UHGV virus genome: UHGV-0127942
DNA: 40,194 nucleotides
Direction: 5' to 3' (one strand)
DNA from: a virus
Shown: positions 33,447 to 40,194 of the stretch, in pieces
Numbering within the stretch: position 1 is the first letter of the stretch
How the letters are laid out: every line of letters starts with the position of its first letter
Made by a program: the position numbers and the translations under genes
The notes under the pieces: generated by a model
What the model was told of the DNA's origin: nothing
Seen by the model: the letters and a program-made list of their open reading frames with translations, nothing else
The model's database searches: none

Positions 33447-36296
33447 ATGACGGTCTCAACCGAAGTTGACCACAACGAATACACAGGTAACGGCGTTACG
33501 ACATCATTTCCGTATACCTTCCGTATTTTCAAAAAATCCGACCTGGTTGTTCAGGTGTCTGACCTTAACGGTAACGTAACAGAACTAGTGCTGGATGCTG
33601 GTTATACAGTAACAGGGGCGGGAACTTATAGTGGCGGTGCAGTGGTTCTTCCGTCGCCGCTTGCTGCTGGCTGGCGAATCACGATAGAGCGTGTGCTTGA
33701 TGTGGTGCAGGAGACTGATCTTCGCAATCAGGGAAAATTTTTCCCCGAAGTTCATGAAGATGCATTTGACTACCTGACGATGCTGATCCAGCGATGTTTT
33801 GGGTGGTTCAGACGTGCATTGATGAAACCATCTTTGCTTGCAAAATATTACGATGCAAAGCAAAACAGAATTTCCAATTTGGCCGATCCGAAGAACTCTC
33901 AGGATGCTGTAACAAAAAAATATGTGCAAGACTTATATAGTGGGGTAGTTAGGCCTGATAACATCGACAACGCAATGTATGTTACAGATCTCGCTAATGG
34001 CAAATATGACAGCTCTCGCTTGGACATGTCTGTCGGGTATGAGATAAAAACCATTTCAAACTTTGTCAGGATTAATGGGGCTGTTTATCGTGTTACTCCT
34101 GCTGCAGTCGGCATAGTGACAGAAATAACCTCGCGTTACATTTTGGCCGGAGGGAAAAAAAGCTACCTGTCTCATATTTCCAGGCATGTCAGTGGTACGC
34201 GTAGGCCGCTGAACTGGAAATTAGAATTCAGCATCATAGACGATGAGATTACCGCAGATCTTAAAGATCAGTATGGTTACACGACCATGGGATTTCAGGG
34301 GATTTACATAGACAGCAATGATGGAATGGTATACATCGGCTGGCAGACGCTAGACCCCGCATCGGTATGGGTTACGGTGCATGACTGGGTAACAGGAGCA
34401 TTGGTAACACGTCTTCATTTTCCGAATAACGTTGGTGCACCAGAAGGCATCCACGTTTACCGAGTGGCAGGACAGCGTTACATCCTGCTGCCGTACAGCC
34501 CATCTCGCACTATCAGAATTTACCCTATCGAAGATCCGCGTACGCTGGTTGATAAAACGCAGATTACAAACTTCACTGAATCAACACGCCTTGGAGTGCG
34601 ATATCAGTTTAGTGGCTTTGGTAATACCCTGATATACGAAAATGCGGATATGGGTTGGCCGAAAATTTTTGATGTTGAGACAGGTGTATCCAATATCTTT
34701 AACACACTGGATATTAACAGCCTTATAGAAGGATCTTACAGTCCAATGGGGACTATTACGGTTGATGCAAATGTTGGAGGTCGCGGAGCCGGTAAACCAA
34801 AACGGCAGGGTGTCGCTCTTGGTTCTCAACGGATATTTGCTGGTATTGGTGCATCTACCACGGCGGGATCTGGAAATACTTTCGCAGGGTTGCAGGGTTA
34901 TATTGAGTACAGCCTTAATGGTTCAGAATTAGGTCAGTACCTGCTGTCACCTGCAGATTTCAAAACATACTGGGATAGTTATTCAGGGAAGAGTGTTTAC
35001 TCCACTGAAAATGAGGGGGTGCAGTCTTGTGATATTTCTGGCTCTGAGGAATTGTATCTTCTACAGTCTATTCGCTATGACAATGGGGGCGGATCAAATT
35101 ATAGGACTTTAAACATCATTCGCGCTAACTGTCCATCTAATGAACCTGGAACAGTAGACATGACTCCGCTATCCAATGCCTCATCACAGTTATTTAACCC
35201 TCGCGGAAGGGTGATTAACGCTGGCCGTCACCCTGTAAACCCGGCTGATGGTATTGCGCTATTTACATCGGCACAGGCTATTTGTGACTATTTGCGGAAT
35301 ACAGATGCAGGTAGATATGTGACATATCTTGAACAGGATATGCCACTGTTTGAAGGTGGGCCATCTGCGCCAGGACAGATGACGCTGCCAGCATTCTGCC
35401 TATTGCAGATCGACTTCATCAACGGCGATACCTGGGAAATTACAGTTAATGGAACTAACAGGGCTAATAATTATACAGGAAGGATTTCCAAAAACGGCGG
35501 GTACAACTCTTTTACTAAGGTGTCCTCCCGCAGCATGTCGATTCTCGGATCCCCTGGTCTGGTTGATGTATCAATTCGCTCACCTAACTCACTAAATCTT
35601 CCAGAATTTGCTGGAGACTGGTCTACTGGTGTAAGTATAGGAGCTGCAGGTGGGGTGACAAACTGGCAGCCAGAAGGAACAGGTAACGGAGCATTATGGG
35701 AGTCAGGATATGCAAAAAACCGTGTGTTGCAGATATTCATGTCCACAACATCAAAACTGTTCTTCCGCTACGCAGACGATGCTATTCGCGCAGGTAACAC
35801 AGGCTGGGCTGAGGCATGGTCGTCGCTGAACACGACCGTCGATTCAAGTGGTTTCATCAAAAAAGCCTCTCCGGTTGTGAAGATTTTCTCAGACGGTAGT
35901 AGTGAAACAAATCGCGAATCAGATGGGGTAACCGTCACACGGCTGGCATTGGGGGAATATCTGATTGAGGGTTGCGTAGGTCTGAATGCAGATGCTTCAT
36001 GGGGGGGGATTGATGGTGGATTTGAAATACCGCAGGACCGAAACAAGCAGCCGCTCATCTGGCTGGATTATGTTGTTAACCAAGATGGCTCTGTGTTGGT
36101 GAAAACGTTTCACCGCACTCATGATAACTCGCCCGTTTTTGCACGTAACGACATCCCTGGTGTTTCGAACGGTGACCCGATCGACATTCCTGCTAATCAG
36201 TTCGTTTCTGTGCGAGTACAGATGCCTGAGGATTCAGCATGGAATAAGCTTAAGGAACAACTCAATAAGGCTGAACCAATGGAAAAAAATAAGTAA
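33447..36296 (+). CDS. Tail fibre / tailspike protein with T7 gp17-like N-terminal adaptor domain
   Basis: 949 aa; N-terminal about 160 residues (GNGVTTSFPYTFRIF...RISNLADPKNSQDAVTKKYV) resemble the T7 tail-fibre N-terminal domain; divergent C-terminal region. Confidence 0.8.
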   Translation: MTVSTEVDHNEYTGNGVTTSFPYTFRIFKKSDLVVQVSDLNGNVTELVLDAGYTVTGAGTYSGGAVVLPSPLAAGWRITIERVLDVVQETDLRNQGKFFPEVHEDAFDYLTMLIQRCFGWFRRALMKPSLLAKYYDAKQNRISNLADPKNSQDAVTKKYVQDLYSGVVRPDNIDNAMYVTDLANGKYDSSRLDMSVGYEIKTISNFVRINGAVYRVTPAAVGIVTEITSRYILAGGKKSYLSHISRHVSGTRRPLNWKLEFSIIDDEITADLKDQYGYTTMGFQGIYIDSNDGMVYIGWQTLDPASVWVTVHDWVTGALVTRLHFPNNVGAPEGIHVYRVAGQRYILLPYSPSRTIRIYPIEDPRTLVDKTQITNFTESTRLGVRYQFSGFGNTLIYENADMGWPKIFDVETGVSNIFNTLDINSLIEGSYSPMGTITVDANVGGRGAGKPKRQGVALGSQRIFAGIGASTTAGSGNTFAGLQGYIEYSLNGSELGQYLLSPADFKTYWDSYSGKSVYSTENEGVQSCDISGSEELYLLQSIRYDNGGGSNYRTLNIIRANCPSNEPGTVDMTPLSNASSQLFNPRGRVINAGRHPVNPADGIALFTSAQAICDYLRNTDAGRYVTYLEQDMPLFEGGPSAPGQMTLPAFCLLQIDFINGDTWEITVNGTNRANNYTGRISKNGGYNSFTKVSSRSMSILGSPGLVDVSIRSPNSLNLPEFAGDWSTGVSIGAAGGVTNWQPEGTGNGALWESGYAKNRVLQIFMSTTSKLFFRYADDAIRAGNTGWAEAWSSLNTTVDSSGFIKKASPVVKIFSDGSSETNRESDGVTVTRLALGEYLIEGCVGLNADASWGGIDGGFEIPQDRNKQPLIWLDYVVNQDGSVLVKTFHRTHDNSPVFARNDIPGVSNGDPIDIPANQFVSVRVQMPEDSAWNKLKEQLNKAEPMEKNK

Positions 36297-36484
36297 TTAT
36301 TTTCCATATCAGGCATGGCGGAGAAATCATAAGTTTAGTAATTACCACGGCAAGGACGCCACTTATCAACAATGTAATTATCATTTAATTCTCTTGACAT
36401 CCTCTACGCCAAGAAGAACTGGTTTTTACGGCGCACCGGATAAATACGAATAATCAAGAATAATATTGAGTAATAATTATTCTT

Positions 36485-36506
36485 ATATGGTTTGTTGTGT
36501 ATAATT
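36485..36506 (+). promoter_or_regulatory. Candidate lysis promoter: TATATGGTTT-N6-TATAAT
   Basis: 9/10 copy of the element followed after 6 bp by a perfect TATAAT; directly upstream of the holin candidate. Confidence 0.45.
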
Positions 36507-36541
36507 AGCTGACAGTTTAAGTGGATCTGTATATACAAAAT

Positions 36542-36958
36542 ATGGTGCACATTATGTCAGCTCAACTAACCAGTGAATCTTTAAATCAATGGCTTAGCAT
36601 GAGTTCTCTTGCTGCGGTTATAGCAGGAGTTCCTCCTGAGGTTGCTTTAGGGTCTTTGGCTGGTGCGGTAATTTTTGTTACCTCTGCGGTAGAGTACCCA
36701 ATTCATCGTCGCGTACTCTTATCGATGCTTAGCTTTCTCTGCGGCCTTCTTTTTTATAAACCAGCAGCATCAATTCTTATCGGCATAGCCAGCCTGATCC
36801 CTACTATCACGCAGGACTCTTTTGAAAAAGGGATTGTTTTCTCTGCTGGCGCATTCGTGTCAGCAATTGTTGCTGTGCGTATTGGTATATGGCTCTACCA
36901 CCGTTCCGATAATCCACGCGAGTTAATTCCGGGGAGAAAAGACGATGGTAACGCATGA
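36542..36958 (+). CDS. Membrane protein, holin candidate
   Basis: Multi-pass hydrophobic protein at the head of the lysis cassette; start uncertain (GTG 36521, ATG 36542 or ATG 36554). Confidence 0.45.
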   Translation: MVHIMSAQLTSESLNQWLSMSSLAAVIAGVPPEVALGSLAGAVIFVTSAVEYPIHRRVLLSMLSFLCGLLFYKPAASILIGIASLIPTITQDSFEKGIVFSAGAFVSAIVAVRIGIWLYHRSDNPRELIPGRKDDGNA

Positions 36959-37253
36959 GTTTTTTTTGCTTATCACCAATGCAGTTATTTGTACTGGCAT
37001 AGCAATTCGCGTTGTCACATTCCGGCGTAACGGATCTCAACATCGAAGATGGGGGGGGTGGCTTGCTTATTTCCTGATTGTTGCTGCGGCCAGTATTCCG
37101 GTTCGTGTTGCCTATGCAATCTGGTTCCGCACGCCAATGGCTGTGGATTTATCTGAGGTCATTATCAACGCTGTCATGCTCGCTGCGGTTATTAAAACGC
37201 GCGGTAACGTCGTTCAAATTTTCAAAGTATCGAGGTCTAAACATGGAGATTAA
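36945..37253 (+). CDS. Membrane protein, second holin/antiholin candidate
   Basis: 102 aa, hydrophobic; overlaps the endolysin start. Confidence 0.45.
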   Translation: MVTHEFFLLITNAVICTGIAIRVVTFRRNGSQHRRWGGWLAYFLIVAAASIPVRVAYAIWFRTPMAVDLSEVIINAVMLAAVIKTRGNVVQIFKVSRSKHGD

Positions 37254-37872
37254 ACAATTCCAGCGAGCTGCTGGTATCAGCGAGGCGCTGGCTGCACGCT
37301 GGTTCTCGTATATAACTTCTGCGATGAGAGAGTTTGGTATCAGCAAACCAGAAGATCAGGCTATGTTTATTGCTCAGGTCGGGCATGAGTCTGGAGGCTT
37401 CACCAGGTTGCAGGAGAATTTCAATTACAGCGTCACCGGACTGGCTAACTTCGTTCGTGCCGGTCGTCTCACTCAGGGACAGGCCAACGCACTGGGTCGC
37501 CGTGCTGGTGAACCGCCATTACCACTCGAGCGCCAGCGTGCGATCGCAAATCTGGTGTACAGCAAACGCATGGGGAACAATGCCCCCGGCGATGGCTGGA
37601 ATTACCGAGGTCGCGGACTTATCCAGATTACCGGTTTGAATAACTATCGTGATTGCGGAAACGGCCTGAAAGTGGACCTGCTGGAGAATCCTGAACTGTT
37701 GGCGCAGGACGAATACGCGGCTCGTAGCGCGGCGTGGTTCTTCTCCAGCAAAGGCTGCATGAAGTATACCGGAGATATTGCACGTGTAACTCTGCTTATC
37801 AATGGTGGCCGGAACGGCATTGATGACCGGCGCGCGCGATACATCACTGCCAGTAAGGTGCTGGCGGTATGA
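37243..37872 (+). CDS. Endolysin, glycoside hydrolase family 19-like
   Basis: Start at 37243; motifs [12 protein letters not shown] and [16 protein letters not shown] typical of GH19 chitinase-like phage endolysins. Confidence 0.8.
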   Translation: MEIKQFQRAAGISEALAARWFSYITSAMREFGISKPEDQAMFIAQVGHESGGFTRLQENFNYSVTGLANFVRAGRLTQGQANALGRRAGEPPLPLERQRAIANLVYSKRMGNNAPGDGWNYRGRGLIQITGLNNYRDCGNGLKVDLLENPELLAQDEYAARSAAWFFSSKGCMKYTGDIARVTLLINGGRNGIDDRRARYITASKVLAV

Positions 37873-38351
37873 TCTGGGCATTCGCAAAAGCATACTGGAA
37901 ACAGTTGGTTATCATGGCGATGTTTGCTGTTCTGGTCATATCAGGAGTTGTAGCCTGGAATGCACACGGCAGTCGTCAGTACGATGCCGGGTATGCACAG
38001 GCGAAAGAAGACCGCAAAACCGAAGATGAGAGAATTCGTCAGCACTACGAACAGGAGAAATCGATCAATGAACGTGAAGCGCAGCAGAGGATCGACCAGG
38101 CGCGCAATGATGCTCTTGATGCTGCCGCTCGCGCTGGCCGGTTGCAGCAACAGCTCGTTGCCATCCGTGAGCAGCTCAGGCACTATAACGCCATTGTCGG
38201 CGCTGGGTCGTCAGCCGCAGACACCGGAGTTTTGCTTGCCGACGTGTTCAGCAAATCTCTCGAGAGAAATAGACAACTGGCAGAGTATGCTGACCGGGCA
38301 GCCGAAGCCGGAAGAGTCTGCGAAAAACAGTACGACACCCTGACCAGATAG
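37869..38351 (+). CDS. Rz-like i-spanin
   Basis: N-terminal transmembrane helix followed by charged coiled-coil region; ATGA overlap with endolysin. Confidence 0.65.
   Translation: MIWAFAKAYWKQLVIMAMFAVLVISGVVAWNAHGSRQYDAGYAQAKEDRKTEDERIRQHYEQEKSINEREAQQRIDQARNDALDAAARAGRLQQQLVAIREQLRHYNAIVGAGSSAADTGVLLADVFSKSLERNRQLAEYADRAAEAGRVCEKQYDTLTR
38107..38343 (+). CDS. Rz1-like o-spanin lipoprotein, embedded in the +1 frame of Rz
   Basis: [13 protein letters not shown] signal with lipobox LAGC, then Pro/Ser-rich mature region; wholly inside the Rz coding region in a different frame. Confidence 0.6.
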   Translation: MMLLMLPLALAGCSNSSLPSVSSSGTITPLSALGRQPQTPEFCLPTCSANLSREIDNWQSMLTGQPKPEESAKNSTTP

Positions 38352-38500
38352 CATGGCATTTTTCATGGTACTGATTTCCGGTGACGGTATATAAAACGGT
38401 ACGAGAAAAATTCATCTTTGGAAAAATGTTATCACTCAATTGGTTATGGTATCCGTAAATAATTGAGTGGGAATGATTTGACCCTGCACTATGAATGAAC

Positions 38501-38530
38501 AAAACCCTCTGTTACTACAGAGGGTTTTTT
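38501..38530. terminator. Bidirectional intrinsic terminator at the prophage-host junction
   Basis: Hairpin CCCTCTG-TTACTA-CAGAGGG flanked by AAAA on one side and TTTTTT on the other; between Rz and yfgI. Confidence 0.6.
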
Positions 38531-38568
38531 ATCTTCAAGAATTATAGGATTGAAGTTACTAACATCGA

Positions 38569-39108
38569 TTAATTAAACCAGCTGTCCGATTTGTTCTCTT
38601 CTGCTTTGCCCACGCTTTTCATCAGATCGCGACCGCCTTCAGTCATATTTCTGTTGGCGTCAGCTTCAGATTGCACCACATCGGTTTGCGCAGCTTTGTG
38701 CTTCAGTTCCTGATCGATAAATTCGTTTTCTCGCTTAACGCGGGCTTCTTCTTTCGCCAGCGCCAGTTTTTGTTTCTGAATCTCTAAGCTGCGTAGCTCA
38801 TCTTCATAACTTTGATCGCGTTTTTTGTCCGCAGAGGCTTCGGCGTCCAGTTTATCCTGACGAGCTTTCTTATTTGCCGCTGCCGTTGCCGCTCTTTTGT
38901 TAGCGGCGGCCTGGGCATTTGCGCGACGTTGCTTCTCTTGCTGGATTTCCCTGTTGCGCTCCGCGACCCATTCGTCATGCTGCCTTTGCTCTTCATTTTT
39001 ACCTTGCTGTTCCGCTTCTGCGACAGCAGAGAGTTGATCCTGCAATGATGAGGCGATAGCCGGATAGCTTAAGGAGGCTAAGATGGCGCAAAGAAAAACT
39101 TTCTTCAT
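38569..39108 (-). CDS. yfgI: Host periplasmic coiled-coil protein YfgI
   Basis: 179 aa with signal peptide; sequence and length match my memory of E. coli YfgI, adjacent to yfgH and yfgG as in E. coli. Confidence 0.6.
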   Translation of the reverse strand: MKKVFLCAILASLSYPAIASSLQDQLSAVAEAEQQGKNEEQRQHDEWVAERNREIQQEKQRRANAQAAANKRAATAAANKKARQDKLDAEASADKKRDQSYEDELRSLEIQKQKLALAKEEARVKRENEFIDQELKHKAAQTDVVQSEADANRNMTEGGRDLMKSVGKAEENKSDSWFN

Positions 39109-39123
39109 GACTCCTCCTGATTA

Positions 39124-39642
39124 TTAGCTCTTTTCAGGACATTTGGTATTTGGCTGAATACGCGTTTCGTTATACGTCGTGGTAATAACAACGGCTAAAC
39201 CTGTCGTAAACTGGCACTCTTTACCCACCTGGGTAGAGGTATACACTTTGGTGCCTTCCTTATAGGTTAAAGAAACACCTTCCACTAAGGTTTTATCATT
39301 CACCATAGAACCCGCTGCCGCGCCTACAGCTCCGCCGCCAACTGCACCTGCCGTCGTTCCGGAATTGCTGCCAGACCCGACGTTGTGGCCGATAACACCG
39401 CCAGCGACTGCGCCAATAAGCGCGCCGAAGGCTTGTGCGTTCCGTTTATTTTGGGAGTTGTCTACGGCAACTTTTGCGGGAAGAATGGAAATAATATTAA
39501 CGGTTTTAGTTTCTTGTTTGGTATTCAGTTGATCGGTTTGATAAACATCGGCAGCATGATCGTCAGCATTTGACTGGCATCCTGCCAGAGTGAATGACGC
39601 TAACATTGCCACAGGCAGAAGACATTTTTTAAATTTCATCAC
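39124..39642 (-). CDS. yfgH: Host outer-membrane lipoprotein YfgH (glycine-zipper)
   Basis: 172 aa; lipobox LAGC; Gly-rich GAxxGxxxG repeats; matches E. coli YfgH length and context. Confidence 0.6.
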   Translation of the reverse strand: MMKFKKCLLPVAMLASFTLAGCQSNADDHAADVYQTDQLNTKQETKTVNIISILPAKVAVDNSQNKRNAQAFGALIGAVAGGVIGHNVGSGSNSGTTAGAVGGGAVGAAAGSMVNDKTLVEGVSLTYKEGTKVYTSTQVGKECQFTTGLAVVITTTYNETRIQPNTKCPEKS

Positions 39643-39952
39643 TATTCCTTGTTATACACATTACGAAAAATAAGACATTTAAGATCATCAAAAGAGGAAA
39701 GTAAATGTATTGCGTATAAAGGGATAGATTAAATTTATTAAAATTCACGCAGGGAATAATTTATAAAAATATATCATTGCAACATATATATTAATTTTAT
39801 ATTTATTTCGCAGCCAAACAGGATAAACATCAGTCAGGATAAAGACGTAAAATTTAAGATGAAAGAATATCTGCCGCTTTGATAATCCCAAACAGCAAAA
39901 GCATCCGACAGCGAAGTGCCGTTATGTTCTGTGAAAGTGGAGAAGGTAACCG

Positions 39953-40144
39953 CTAACGTTGTACCGGTGATTCGACGGAGAGTGTGGATTGCTGAGCTTC
40001 TTTTTTGCTCTGATGGTGCTGCCAGGCACCGACGGACGAGTAGATAAAACGGCCAAAGAAGAAGATAAAGCTGATGAGCAGTACGATACGGGTCATGCGA
40101 CTGTTAAATCGGTGTCGTTTTCGCATACTGGTTGCCTGACTCAC
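39953..40144 (-). CDS. yfgG: Host small membrane protein YfgG
   Basis: 63 aa, MSQATSMRKRHRFNSRMTRIVLLISFIFFFG..., matches my memory of E. coli YfgG. Confidence 0.6.
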   Translation of the reverse strand: MSQATSMRKRHRFNSRMTRIVLLISFIFFFGRFIYSSVGAWQHHQSKKEAQQSTLSVESPVQR

Positions 40145-40194
40145 AAAAGGTTCCTTGAAGTATGTCCCACGCTGTGGACGGTACTTACATTAAG

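Noticed and set aside
1-40194. CRISPR array or transposase/IS element
   Set aside because: No regularly spaced direct repeats with unique spacers and no transposase-like ORF or terminal inverted repeats were seen; the only tandem repeats are the iterons in the O-like gene.

Overview
The window is almost entirely one integrated temperate prophage (about 1-38,400) with three host genes at the right edge (yfgI, yfgH, yfgG on the minus strand, recognised from memory by sequence and exact lengths). Layout, left to right: a tyrosine integrase (plus strand) converging on a tightly coupled leftward early operon (Bet-like annealing protein, PD-(D/E)XK exonuclease, AlpA-like protein, MT-A70 adenine methyltransferase, lambda-PPase-like phosphatase); an immunity region with a tandem-HTH repressor that has no peptidase domain and a divergent Cro-like gene; lambda O-like (with iterons) and P-like replication genes; a block of small middle genes; terminase small and large subunits; a minus-strand tRNA-Arg(UCU) plus a reverse-oriented moron gene; a T7-like structural module (gp6.7-like, portal, scaffold, capsid, tail tube A/B, internal virion proteins, T7-gp17-like tail fibre); and a lysis cassette (two membrane proteins, GH19-type endolysin, Rz with embedded Rz1). 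No phage RNA polymerase and no CRISPR array are present. The most interesting content is regulatory and read directly from the sequence: (1) a near-consensus LexA box inside the promoter of a minus-strand 85-aa orphan gene in the tail region, which together with the peptidase-less repressor predicts an SOS antirepressor switch; (2) eight perfect copies of a 15-bp palindrome TTACC-N5-GGTAA, all intergenic and at operon starts, resembling a dispersed operator or stoperator network; (3) three perfect copies of the 12-bp palindrome GTGACATGTCAC, each beside an intrinsic terminator; (4) a recurring TATGTGGTTT element about 6 bp upstream of -10-like hexamers at middle, head, tail-fibre and lysis operon starts. 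Protein calls rest on remembered motifs and similarity, not database searches; functions for the new motifs are inference.
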